From positions 750,001-782,000 of the forward strand of contig OW818668.1 of the NCBI GenBank assembly GCA_942493105.1: 32,000 nt of DNA, in the 5' to 3' direction. How positions within the stretch are numbered: the stretch's first letter is position 1; each line of letters starts with the position of its first letter. The translations under genes were made by a program, and so were the position numbers. Source of the DNA: an uncultured Erysipelotrichaceae bacterium. Lineage in GTDB: Bacteria; Bacillota_I; Bacilli_A; Erysipelotrichales; Erysipelotrichaceae. Below are positions 16,859-25,612 of this stretch, piece after piece. The notes under the pieces were generated by a model. The model made no database searches. It was given only the letters and a program-made list of their open reading frames with translations, and had not been told where the DNA came from.

Positions 16859-18562
16859 ATGACTAAACAATGGTGGATGACCTCGGTTGGGTATCAAATA
16901 TATCCTAGATCATTTTTTGATTCAAATGGTGATGGTGTTGGCGATCTCAAAGGGATAATCGAAAAGCTTGATTATATAAAATATCTAGGTGTCAATTTAA
17001 TCTGGATTGGTCCTTTTTATAAGTCTCCAATGGATGATAATGGTTACGATGTGAGCGATTTTTATGATGTGGATCCACTATTTGGAACAATAGAAGATGT
17101 TAAAACTTTGATATGTGAAGCTCATTCTAGAGATATTAAAGTCATTTTAGATTTGGTTTTGAATCATACATCAGATGAACACCCCTGGTTTATTGAGTCA
17201 CGCTCGTCATTGGAAAATGTAAAACGCAATTATTATATTTGGAAAGAAGGCAAGATAGATTTAAAAGGAAATCGAATTCCACCCAACAATTGGGGTAGTT
17301 TTTTTGAGGGCTCTGCATGGAACTACGATCCTAATACAAATCAATATTATATGAAGATTTTCTCTGATAAAATGCCGGATCTTAATTGGGATTGTTCTGA
17401 AATGCGTGAAGAGTTATATAAAATGGCAAATTGGTGGCTAAATATGGGTGTTGATGGATTTAGGGTTGATGCTATTGCCCATCTTGCTCGCGATTTGACT
17501 TTTTCTGATAGTAGCATGAACCCCAATGAATATAATGTTGCACCGGATTGGTCAAAATTCTCAAATAGACCTGAGTTATTTGGCTATCTTAAAGAGTTCA
17601 ATGAAAAGGTCCTCAAAGGAAGAGATGTTATGACAGTTGGTGAAGTTGGTGGTGGTGCTTCAGTTGATGAAGCCATTCGCTATGCAGGTTATGATGCCCA
17701 TATATTTGATATGGTTTTTAACTTTGATTCATGTTGGAAAAATAATATTTTTGGGAATGATTCATTAAGTGAGGAAGAAGTTGTCATTAATGTGGATGAC
17801 TTAAAAAGAACAATAGCATTTTGGATCAATGGAATGAAAGGCAAAGGATGGATGCCTCAATACTGGCTCAATCATGATCATCCGAGGGTTATGAGCCAAT
17901 ATGGTGATCCAAATAAATACCACAAAGAATCTGGCTCTATGTTGGGTACGATTCTGTTAACTTTGCCTGGAACACCTTTTATTTATAATGGTGAAGAAAT
18001 TGGGATGACCAATGTCGATTATGAAGAAATAGAAGATTTCACTGATGTTTGGGTTAAAAACTACTATCAAAAAGCAATTAAAAGATTGAGTAAACAACAA
18101 ATTTTGACACATTTAAGACGAACATCAAGAAATAATGCAAGAACACCTATGCAGTGGAATGATCGCAAGTATGCTGGATTTTCAGTAACACAACCACACC
18201 AAAAAGTTGTAAAAAACTATAAAGCAATTAATGTTCAAAAGCAACTCAATGAGTCTGATTCAATCTTGAATGCCTATAAAGAGTTGATTCATTTGAGACT
18301 AAAGAGTGATTATAAAGAAGTTTTGATTTTTGGTGATTTCAATTTGATAAATACTAAAGCTAATCAGATATTTGCGTTTTATAGGTGTCTTGATGATATA
18401 AAACTTTTGGTGATATGTAACTTTGGACAGACAGACTCTGTTTTTGATGAACCTGTGCTGATTGACAACCTTTTGTATCATAATTATAAAGATCGTATGC
18501 TTGAGTTTCCAATTCATTTAAGACCTTATGAATCATTGATTATCAAGGTTTCCGTATGTTGA
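16859..18562 (+). CDS. malL: Oligo-1,6-glucosidase / alpha-glucosidase (GH13_31, MalL-like)
   Basis: 567 aa. N-terminus WWMTSVGYQIYPRSFFDSNGDGVGDLKGI. GH13 regions DLVLNHTSDEHPWF, GFRVDAIAHL, TVGEVGG and WLNHDHPR. Confidence 0.88.
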   Translation: MTKQWWMTSVGYQIYPRSFFDSNGDGVGDLKGIIEKLDYIKYLGVNLIWIGPFYKSPMDDNGYDVSDFYDVDPLFGTIEDVKTLICEAHSRDIKVILDLVLNHTSDEHPWFIESRSSLENVKRNYYIWKEGKIDLKGNRIPPNNWGSFFEGSAWNYDPNTNQYYMKIFSDKMPDLNWDCSEMREELYKMANWWLNMGVDGFRVDAIAHLARDLTFSDSSMNPNEYNVAPDWSKFSNRPELFGYLKEFNEKVLKGRDVMTVGEVGGGASVDEAIRYAGYDAHIFDMVFNFDSCWKNNIFGNDSLSEEEVVINVDDLKRTIAFWINGMKGKGWMPQYWLNHDHPRVMSQYGDPNKYHKESGSMLGTILLTLPGTPFIYNGEEIGMTNVDYEEIEDFTDVWVKNYYQKAIKRLSKQQILTHLRRTSRNNARTPMQWNDRKYAGFSVTQPHQKVVKNYKAINVQKQLNESDSILNAYKELIHLRLKSDYKEVLIFGDFNLINTKANQIFAFYRCLDDIKLLVICNFGQTDSVFDEPVLIDNLLYHNYKDRMLEFPIHLRPYESLIIKVSVC

Positions 18563-19119
18563 CCATTTTCTTATCAACTCCAGACACACATCGTGAAAGT
18601 GATATTGAAGCTTTTTGTTTAAGCTATGGTCATGAATTTGTATGGTTAGATGATTATACAGCCAAGTTCCAAATCGAACAAAGCCAAGCCATTCAACTCA
18701 GAGTCTTATATGAGCCTCTTAGAGATGATTTGGGTATAAAGTTGACCATGATCATCGGATTTGATTATGAGCCTTTGATGCGTCTGGCATTGGCTTTGGC
18801 AAGTGAATCATATGCGGGTAAAGTGATGGAAATCGGTGATGTGTTGGTTTTAAACAGTTCAAGAGGAGATCAAAGACTGGTAATTGAACTTGATCACTTG
18901 TTATCAAAAATTACTAAAGAAGTCATGGATTCAGCTCGGATGTATTTACTGACCGGCGGGAATTCTGTACAAGCAGCACGACTACTTTATGTCCATCGAA
19001 ATACCTTCTCTTATCGTTTAACAAAATTCATCGATCAAACGGACATCGACTTAAGAGAACCTAGTCTTGCCTACTTCTTACATATCTTTTTTACCCTTCA
19101 GCAAACCATCAATCAATAA
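18556..19119 (+). CDS. Small PucR/CdaR-type helix-turn-helix protein (putative transcriptional regulator)
   Basis: 187 aa. The C-terminal segment GGNSVQAARLLYVHRNTFSYRLTKFIDQTDIDLREP matches the PucR C-terminal HTH pattern (A..L.VHRNT..YRL.K). I do not recognise the N-terminal part. The start overlaps the malL stop (ATGTTGA). Confidence 0.6.
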   Translation: MLTIFLSTPDTHRESDIEAFCLSYGHEFVWLDDYTAKFQIEQSQAIQLRVLYEPLRDDLGIKLTMIIGFDYEPLMRLALALASESYAGKVMEIGDVLVLNSSRGDQRLVIELDHLLSKITKEVMDSARMYLLTGGNSVQAARLLYVHRNTFSYRLTKFIDQTDIDLREPSLAYFLHIFFTLQQTINQ

Positions 19120-19139
19120 TTTGTGCACACTGCACAAAT
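19119..19139. promoter_or_regulatory. Perfect inverted repeat, candidate operator upstream of msmX
   Basis: ATTTGTGCA-CAC-TGCACAAAT (9-bp arms, 3-nt spacer), starting in the stop codon of the HTH gene. No T-tract follows it. It lies about 17 nt upstream of the msmX -10 element. Confidence 0.5.
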
Positions 19140-19155
19140 CGTGTTAAAATCAAAG

Positions 19156-19164
19156 TGATAGAAT
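19156..19164 (+). promoter_or_regulatory. Extended -10 element of the msmX promoter
   Basis: TGATAGAAT (TGn + TAGAAT) 21 nt upstream of ATG 19185. GAGGT RBS at 19171-19175. Confidence 0.5.
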
Positions 19165-19184
19165 GAAAATGAGGTAACACACTA

Positions 19185-20276
19185 ATGGCAACACTCCAAT
19201 TAAAAGGCATCAACAAAATCTACGACAATAATGTCCAAGCCGTCTTCGATTTCAATCTAGACATCAAAGACAGAGAATTCATCGTCTTGGTCGGTCCTTC
19301 AGGCTGTGGTAAATCAACCACCCTTAGAATGATCGCTGGACTTGAAGAAATCTCTTCCGGTGAACTGTTCATCAATGACAAGTTCTCTAATTTAACTGCA
19401 CCTAAAGACAGAGACATCGCGATGGTATTCCAATCCTACGCTTTGTATCCCCATATGACTGTTTATGAAAACATGGCTTTCGGTCTTCGTTTAAAGAAAC
19501 TTCCGAAACATGAAATCGATGAACGGGTCAAAGAAGCAGCCAGAATCCTAGAAATTGAAAATTTCTTAGATCGTAAACCAAAAGCTTTATCAGGCGGTCA
19601 ACGTCAACGTGTTGCGTTAGGCAGAGCGATCGTTCGTAATGCCCAAGTCTTTTTGATGGATGAACCTTTGTCTAACTTGGATGCGAAACTACGTGTTCAA
19701 ATGAGATCGGAAATCATCAAGCTTCATGAACGTTTATTGGCAACCACGATTTATGTAACCCATGACCAAACAGAAGCCATGACCATGGCCACACGTATCG
19801 TCGTCATGAAAGATGGTTATATCCAACAGATTGGTACCCCTAAAGAAATATATAATCATCCGAAAAACATGTTCGTTGCGAACTTCATTGGAGCACCAGC
19901 CATGAACTTCATTCATGGGACATACAATAAAGGACGTTTCGAAGTCGACAATAAATCATTTATGGTACCTAAGATGTTCCATGATAAATTAAAAGACCAA
20001 GAAGGTAAACAACTCGTCTTAGGTATCCGTCCTGAAGACATTCATTATGAAGGTATCGTTGCTGAAACATTCCCAGATACACCGTTTGATTTCAACATTG
20101 AAGTTTCTGAACTTTTAGGTCATGAATTCATCTTGCATGGACGTTTCGGTGATCAACCGATCTTAGCTAAAGTATCAGCCAGAGTCGATGTACATGCCCA
20201 TGAAACCATTAAATTGGCTATGGATGTCACAAAGCTTCATTTCTTCGATAAAGAAACTTCTCAAGCCATTGTATAG
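19185..20276 (+). CDS. msmX: Sugar ABC-importer ATPase, MsmX/MalK type
   Basis: 363 aa. Walker [10 protein letters not shown], signature [14 protein letters not shown], Walker [14 protein letters not shown]-loop VTHDQ, and a C-terminal TOBE-like regulatory domain. Confidence 0.92.
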   Translation: MATLQLKGINKIYDNNVQAVFDFNLDIKDREFIVLVGPSGCGKSTTLRMIAGLEEISSGELFINDKFSNLTAPKDRDIAMVFQSYALYPHMTVYENMAFGLRLKKLPKHEIDERVKEAARILEIENFLDRKPKALSGGQRQRVALGRAIVRNAQVFLMDEPLSNLDAKLRVQMRSEIIKLHERLLATTIYVTHDQTEAMTMATRIVVMKDGYIQQIGTPKEIYNHPKNMFVANFIGAPAMNFIHGTYNKGRFEVDNKSFMVPKMFHDKLKDQEGKQLVLGIRPEDIHYEGIVAETFPDTPFDFNIEVSELLGHEFILHGRFGDQPILAKVSARVDVHAHETIKLAMDVTKLHFFDKETSQAIV

Positions 20277-20308
20277 CTAATAATTTTAACAGCTTGGAAT
20301 AATTCCGA

Positions 20309-20354
20309 AGTAGACGTTTAAATTCACAAAAATGAATAAATTGTCTACTTTTTA
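20309..20354 (+). terminator. Possible terminator after msmX (long-loop hairpin)
   Basis: AGTAGAC (20309-20315) pairs with GTCTACT (20343-20349) and is followed by TTTTAT. The 27-nt loop makes it weak. Confidence 0.35.
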
Positions 20355-20436
20355 TATGTGTTCATAAATAATAGTTAAAATATTATGAATTCTATTACTA
20401 AACTGTTGAATAGTGAAATTTATGTGAACATATCAG

Positions 20437-20465
20437 TGGAAAGCACTAAAAATGGGTGGTATAAT
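20437..20465 (+). promoter_or_regulatory. Promoter of the malEFG-amylase operon
   Basis: Extended -10 TGGTATAAT (20457-20465), weak -35 TGGAAA (20437-20442), 17-nt spacer. AGGAGG RBS at 20497-20502. Confidence 0.65.
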
Positions 20466-20469
20466 TAAA

Positions 20470-20485
20470 ATGTAACCACTTACAT
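20470..20485. promoter_or_regulatory. cre-like / LacI-family-type palindromic operator at the mal operon transcription start
   Basis: ATGTAA-CCAC-TTACAT is a perfect palindrome in its outer 6+6 nt (arms extend one more nt, AATGTAA/TTACATT, 20469-20486). It fits the B. subtilis cre consensus WTGNAANCGNWNNCW except that the central CG is CA. It starts 5 nt after the -10 box. Confidence 0.55.
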
Positions 20486-20508
20486 TGTGGAAACATAGGA
20501 GGAATTAA

Positions 20509-21687
20509 ATGAAGAAGATTTTTGTATTGATTATGGCCTTGTTGTTAATGACTTCATTAACAGCTTGTGCTCCAAAGAAAGTAGTAACTCTAAAGGTTTG
20601 GGGCTCACAAGAAGATCAAGTAATGCTCCAGGGAATGGTAGATGAGTTTATTGCTGCCCACAAAGACAAGACCTATAAAATTACTTTAGGCGTTGTCGGT
20701 GAACCAGATGCCAAGACAAAATACTTGGAAGATCCTGAAGCTGCAGCTGATGTATTCTCATTCCCGAATGACCAGATTTCTGGCTTCGTTGATGCTGGAG
20801 CTCTGTATGAAGTCACATTGAATAAAGCAGCAATCGTTGCGGCCAATGTTGCTGGCTCAATTGATGTTGCTACCGTCGGTGGTAAACTCTATGCTTATCC
20901 TGTAACTGCCGATAATGGATATTTCTTATATTATGATAAGAGTGTTTTCACAGCTGATGATGTTAAATCATTGGATACAATGTTGACCAAAGCTGAAGCA
21001 GCCGGTAAGAAAGTATTTATGGATGTTTCTAATGGTTGGTATATTGCTTCATTCTTCATTGGAGCTGGAAATACTTTCAAGCTCGTTAATGGTAAAAAAG
21101 CAATCGACTTCAACAATGCCACTGGTTTAAAAGTTGGCGAATATATTAAATCATTTACAGCTAATCCAGCTTTCGTTACTGGTGATGATGCTTATTTAAA
21201 AGGCAATATCGGTACAACGATTGCGGCAGGTGTTTCTGGAACATGGAATGCTGCTGATATTTCAACCGTTTTGGGCGCAAACTATGCTGCCACAAAACTT
21301 CCATCTTATATGCTTGGGACAACCTCAACTCAAATGGGTAGTTTTGCTGGATATAAATTGATGGGAATCAATGCACTTACAAAATTCCCAGAAGAAGCAA
21401 TGGCATTGGCAGAGTTCTTAACAAATGAAGCCAATCAGATCAAACGTTTCCAAGCTCGTAAATTAGGACCAAGCAACATTAAAGCTGCCACAAGCACTGC
21501 TGTAGTTGCAGACGTCGCGTTGGCTGCTTTGGCTGCTCAAGCACCATTTGCAATCAGCCAGAATTTTGTCCCAGACACATACTGGGGTCCTGGAGAAGCT
21601 TTCGGCTTAGCCATGGAAACCAAAGATTATTCCAAGTCAATTCAAGAATTGCTTGATGCTTGGGTATTACAAGCAAACGGCTCTTAA
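20509..21687 (+). CDS. malE: Maltodextrin/oligosaccharide-binding lipoprotein (ABC SBP family 1, MalE/MdxE-like)
   Basis: 392 aa. Lipoprotein signal MKKIFVLIMALLLMTSLTAC (lipobox LTAC). SBP pattern KVWGSQED...DVFSFPNDQ...GKLYAYP. Located upstream of MalF/MalG-type permeases. Confidence 0.85.
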   Translation: MKKIFVLIMALLLMTSLTACAPKKVVTLKVWGSQEDQVMLQGMVDEFIAAHKDKTYKITLGVVGEPDAKTKYLEDPEAAADVFSFPNDQISGFVDAGALYEVTLNKAAIVAANVAGSIDVATVGGKLYAYPVTADNGYFLYYDKSVFTADDVKSLDTMLTKAEAAGKKVFMDVSNGWYIASFFIGAGNTFKLVNGKKAIDFNNATGLKVGEYIKSFTANPAFVTGDDAYLKGNIGTTIAAGVSGTWNAADISTVLGANYAATKLPSYMLGTTSTQMGSFAGYKLMGINALTKFPEEAMALAEFLTNEANQIKRFQARKLGPSNIKAATSTAVVADVALAALAAQAPFAISQNFVPDTYWGPGEAFGLAMETKDYSKSIQELLDAWVLQANGS

Positions 21688-21706
21688 TTCGATTTAAGAA
21701 GTGAGC

Positions 21707-21740
21707 ACTAAGGGCAATAATTTTATTGCCCTTAGTTTTA
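21707..21740 (+). terminator. Intra-operon stem-loop between malE and malF (attenuating terminator or mRNA stabiliser)
   Basis: Perfect 12-bp stem ACTAAGGGCAAT / ATTGCCCTTAGT with an AATTTT loop, followed by only TTTTA. There is no room for a promoter before malF. Confidence 0.65.
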
Positions 21741-21764
21741 ATTAATAAGAAAAGTGGGACAGAT

Positions 21765-23141
21765 ATGATCAAAAAAATCATGAATTCGATTAAGGCGAAG
21801 ATCAATCAATATGTTTATTGTTTGAAGAATGGTGATTTAGCTACAAAACTATCTTCTCTGATTATGGGTTATGGCAATTTCACTAAAGGTCAAATAGTTA
21901 AAGGTGTTGCTTATCTGACGACTCAAATTATATTTATACTCTTTATGATTTTTAGAGGGTTTAATTACATCGTTGGACTAAGGACATTGGGCACAGTTGG
22001 TCAAACCCGGATATTTGATGAAGTCAGAGGTATATATGTAGTATATCCAGGAGACAACTCCATGTTGATGTTGTTATTTGGGGTTGCAACTTTATTTGCG
22101 GTACTTGGTTTCGCCTTGTTGTATTTATCAAATATAAAAAGTGCTTACGCAAATCAAATAACGATTCAAAAGGGACTTAAACCAAGAAATTTTAAAGAAG
22201 AAATTAATTACTATTTAAATGATAAATATCATGTAACGATTTTGACAATACCTGTTGTAGGAACGTTTTTGTTTACAATACTGCCTCTGATTTTTATGAT
22301 TTTGATTGCATTTACTAATTTTGATAAAAATCATCAACCACCGGGAAATTTGTTTACCTGGGTAGGGTTTGCGAATTTTAAGGATGCTCTTTGGAATGAT
22401 CCTTTAAAGTCTTCAACATTCTTTGGGTTGTTAACTTGGACTTTAATATGGGCTGTTTTAGCAACAGTTCTGAACTATATATTGGGTATGATTTTAGCCC
22501 TTATGATTAATAAAAAAGGAATCAAACTCAAAAAATTCTGGAGAACAATTTTTGTTATTACCATTGCTGTTCCACAATTTGTAAGTTTGTTGCTTATGTC
22601 TCAGTTGTTAGCAGATCAAGGAACATTTAATGTCTTCCTAAGACAGATTGGGGTCGTTAAGGACTTTTTCCCCTTTCTATCAAACGGAGATGTTGCTAAA
22701 TTTACAGTCATTGTTGTAAATCTTTGGGTAGGTGTTCCTTATTCCATGTTAATCACTTCTGGAATTCTAATGAATATTCCGACTGATCTTTATGAGAGTG
22801 CTAAGATAGATGGTGCTAATGCGAGAGTACAATTTTTCAAGATTACCTTGCCATATATGTTGTTTGTAACAGGACCATATTTAATTACACAGTTCATTGG
22901 TAACATCAATAATTTCAATGTAATATATCTTTTAACAGGCGGCGGCCCATTGACTTTAAATTACTATCAGGCTGGAAAAACAGATCTCTTAGTTACTTGG
23001 TTATATAAACTTACTGTGAATGAGCAAAATTACTCATTAGCATCCACAATTGGAATTTTCATATTTATGTTAAGTGCATTCTTCTCTTTGGTTGTATACA
23101 ACAAAACATCAGCTGCGAAGAAGGAGGATGAATTCCAATGA
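21765..23141 (+). CDS. malF: Maltodextrin ABC transporter permease (MalF-like)
   Basis: Multi-TM protein with EAA loop YESAKIDGANARVQFFKITLPYM. I place the start at ATG 21765, downstream of the hairpin. The track TTG start at 21726 lies inside the hairpin stem. The start choice is uncertain. Confidence 0.85.
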   Translation: MIKKIMNSIKAKINQYVYCLKNGDLATKLSSLIMGYGNFTKGQIVKGVAYLTTQIIFILFMIFRGFNYIVGLRTLGTVGQTRIFDEVRGIYVVYPGDNSMLMLLFGVATLFAVLGFALLYLSNIKSAYANQITIQKGLKPRNFKEEINYYLNDKYHVTILTIPVVGTFLFTILPLIFMILIAFTNFDKNHQPPGNLFTWVGFANFKDALWNDPLKSSTFFGLLTWTLIWAVLATVLNYILGMILALMINKKGIKLKKFWRTIFVITIAVPQFVSLLLMSQLLADQGTFNVFLRQIGVVKDFFPFLSNGDVAKFTVIVVNLWVGVPYSMLITSGILMNIPTDLYESAKIDGANARVQFFKITLPYMLFVTGPYLITQFIGNINNFNVIYLLTGGGPLTLNYYQAGKTDLLVTWLYKLTVNEQNYSLASTIGIFIFMLSAFFSLVVYNKTSAAKKEDEFQ

Positions 23142-23989
23142 GAAACATGAAAACTCAAGAAAGAGTAACGAATGGTATTATCCATACAGTTCTCGGATTC
23201 TTATCATTCATATGGATACTTCCGATTTTGTGGCTAGTCTTGGTTTCCTTTAGAAAAGAACCTGGATCATATACTTCGTATATTCTTCCAAAAGAATACA
23301 CTTTTGATAATTATATAAAGCTATTTACAGACACAAGCATCTTTAACTATCCAAGATGGTTTATGAATACGTTGATTGTAGCTATTTTCACAGCCATCAT
23401 TTCGACGATACTTGTTTTAATGACAAGCTATGCTTTGAGTCGTCTTAGATTCAGAATGAGAAAGCCGATGATGAATATTGCATTAATTCTTGGCATGTTT
23501 CCTGGCTTTATGGCCATGATTGCTATTTATCATATTCTTAAGGCATTTGGTTTAACCCAAACATTGTTTGCTTTAGTTTTGGTATATTCTGGCGGAGCAG
23601 CAATGGGTTATTATATTTCTAAAGGTTTCTTTGATACGATTCCAAAGGCGATTGATGAGTCAGCTATGCTGGATGGCGCCAATAAAAATACAATTTTCTG
23701 GAAGATAACTTTACCATTATCGAAACCAATTGTTATTTATACAATATTGATGTCCTTTATGGGACCATGGATGGATTTTATTTTTGTGAGTGTCATTATG
23801 AAGGATAGTTATCAGAATTATACGGTAGCTTTAGGGCTATATCGCATGCTTTCTCGTGAAAATATATTTATGTATTTCACTCGATTTGCAGCTGGCGCTG
23901 TCTTAATCGCCATTCCAATATCGATCTTATTTATTTACATGCAGAAGTTCTATGTCAGTGGGATTACAGGCGGATCAACTAAAGGTTAA
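23138..23989 (+). CDS. malG: Maltodextrin ABC transporter permease (MalG-like)
   Basis: 283 aa, 6 predicted TM segments, EAA loop DESAMLDGANKNTIFWKITLPLSKP. ATGA overlap with malF. Confidence 0.88.
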   Translation: MRNMKTQERVTNGIIHTVLGFLSFIWILPILWLVLVSFRKEPGSYTSYILPKEYTFDNYIKLFTDTSIFNYPRWFMNTLIVAIFTAIISTILVLMTSYALSRLRFRMRKPMMNIALILGMFPGFMAMIAIYHILKAFGLTQTLFALVLVYSGGAAMGYYISKGFFDTIPKAIDESAMLDGANKNTIFWKITLPLSKPIVIYTILMSFMGPWMDFIFVSVIMKDSYQNYTVALGLYRMLSRENIFMYFTRFAAGAVLIAIPISILFIYMQKFYVSGITGGSTKG

Positions 23990-23990
23990 T

Positions 23991-25514
23991 ATGAAAAACA
24001 AAATTCTTTTAAGTCTGTCATTAGTTTTGTTTTTTGCTTGTTCAAGTCCAAAAATCGTTGTTAATCAATCTAGTAAAAATTATGTTTATTATGAGATCTT
24101 TGTTGGTTCGTTTTATGATACAAACGGAGATGGTTTAGGAGACATCAATGGTGTTACCGAAAAGTTAGATTACTTACACTCCATCGGTGTTGGCGGTATT
24201 TGGTTGATGCCAATTATGCCTTCACCGACATATCATAAGTATGATGTAACAGATTATTATTCCATTGATCCAAAGTATGGAACACTTTCCGATTTTGAAA
24301 CTTTGGTTAATACAGCAAGGGATTTAGATATTGATATCATCATCGATTTAGTACTAAATCACACAGCCGTGGATCATCCATGGTTCATTGAAGCAAAAAA
24401 GAATGTATTAAATGGAACCTGTGAAAATGAACTTTCTTATTGTGATTATTACAATTTTACTACAACACCACAAGCGGGTTACTCAGCGGCAGGTAAAGGA
24501 TATTTTTATGAAGCGCGGTTTTGGAGCGGAATGCCAGACTTAAATCTTGATAGCGTAGCAGTACGAAGTGAATTTAAGAAAATCATAAATTTTTGGCTTG
24601 ATAAAGGTGTCAAAGGATTTAGACTCGATGCCGTCACTTCTTTCTATACTGGAAATACATCAAAAAATGTTGAATTTATGACTTGGTTAACTCAAACCAT
24701 AACTGAAATGAAGGCAGATGCGTATGTAGTGGGTGAAGCTTGGACTTCAGATTCCGCAATATTTGATCTCTATGAATCAAGTATCGAGAGCTTATTTCAT
24801 TTCCCGTTTTCCCAACCTGAAGGCAAGATTGCGGCGAGTATTAGAAATAATAAAGGGTTTGAATTATCCTCAGCTGTAGTGTCATATATTAACGAAGCTA
24901 AAAAATCCAACCCGAATATGTTGGATGCAGTATTTTTATCAAATCATGACCAAGGACGAAGTGCTGCCTATTTCTCTGAAATCGATATACACAAGACAAA
25001 ATTAATGGCCTCTATTTATCTTTTAATGCCTGGTCGATCATTTATCTTCTATGGGGAAGAAATTTCTCTGCGCGGTAGTGGAAAAGATGAGAATAAAAGA
25101 CTTCCAATGATTTGGGACATCAAAGATAAAACAGGGCAAACCTATGGTCCTTCTGGATCAGATTATATATGGGAATACAAAGCTGGGGTTGCTCAGGCCC
25201 TAAAGAACAAGTCATCATTACTTTCACATTATAAAAGAGTAATATCAATCAAAAATGAATTCGATTTAATTACAGAAGGGACTCTTGAAGCGCTAAATGT
25301 GGGGGCAGAGATTTATGCACTCAAATCAAGTAATGATTCTGAATCTGTAATTGTCGTTCATAATCTAGGAGCACAGAAGAATGAACTGGATTATGATTTC
25401 TCATCTTATGAAATTGCGTATCAAGTTTATAATTATAAACAAACTGCAGCATCTTTAACAAAAGGAAAACTAAGTGTTGCAGCCTACAATACAGTTGTCC
25501 TTCGTTCAAAATAA
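23991..25514 (+). CDS. Surface-anchored lipoprotein alpha-amylase (GH13)
   Basis: Start ATG 23991 gives MKNKILLSLSLVLFFACSS (signal plus Cys). The track start at 23952 overlaps malG and has no support. GH13 regions DLVLNHTAVDHPWF, GFRLDAVTS, VVGEAWT and FLSNHDQGR. Confidence 0.85.
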   Translation: MKNKILLSLSLVLFFACSSPKIVVNQSSKNYVYYEIFVGSFYDTNGDGLGDINGVTEKLDYLHSIGVGGIWLMPIMPSPTYHKYDVTDYYSIDPKYGTLSDFETLVNTARDLDIDIIIDLVLNHTAVDHPWFIEAKKNVLNGTCENELSYCDYYNFTTTPQAGYSAAGKGYFYEARFWSGMPDLNLDSVAVRSEFKKIINFWLDKGVKGFRLDAVTSFYTGNTSKNVEFMTWLTQTITEMKADAYVVGEAWTSDSAIFDLYESSIESLFHFPFSQPEGKIAASIRNNKGFELSSAVVSYINEAKKSNPNMLDAVFLSNHDQGRSAAYFSEIDIHKTKLMASIYLLMPGRSFIFYGEEISLRGSGKDENKRLPMIWDIKDKTGQTYGPSGSDYIWEYKAGVAQALKNKSSLLSHYKRVISIKNEFDLITEGTLEALNVGAEIYALKSSNDSESVIVVHNLGAQKNELDYDFSSYEIAYQVYNYKQTAASLTKGKLSVAAYNTVVLRSK

Positions 25515-25537
25515 ACACAACAAGCTTTATATACGAT

Positions 25538-25582
25538 AAAACCATGATTAAGGATAGTTCTCATTCCTAATCATGGTTTTTT
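25538..25582. terminator. Bidirectional Rho-independent terminator between convergent genes
   Basis: AACCATGATTA(A)GGA / TCCTAATCATGGTT stem (14 bp, one bulge), flanked by AAAA on the left and TTTTTT on the right. It lies between the amylase stop and the minus-strand stop at 25613. Confidence 0.8.
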
Positions 25583-25612
25583 AATTAAAAGGTAAAAGCT
25601 TTCTCTATTAGA

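Noticed and set aside
20296-20306. Palindrome GGAATAATTCC after msmX
   Set aside because: It is an 11-bp palindrome with no loop, so it cannot form a hairpin. It is short, unique and has no positional logic.
20332-20468. Mini-ORFs in the malE leader region (11 codons from ATG 20332; 27 codons at 20385-20468, MNSITKLLNSEIYVNISVESTKNGWYN)
   Set aside because: There is no Shine-Dalgarno sequence. Both lie upstream of or across the predicted promoter, so they would not be on the mal transcript. Random occurrence is expected in AT-rich DNA.
21726-21764. TTG start for malF from the ORF track
   Set aside because: The TTG lies inside the 12-bp hairpin stem. ATG 21765 gives a typical MalF-like N-terminus. 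The exact start is still uncertain.
21554-21805. 83-aa minus-strand ORF across the malE 3' end, hairpin and malF start
   Set aside because: It runs antisense to two supported genes and through a terminator-like hairpin, and has no RBS.
23952-23990. Upstream extension of the amylase ORF (MSVGLQADQLKVN)
   Set aside because: It overlaps the malG 3' end. ATG 23991 yields a proper lipoprotein signal peptide.
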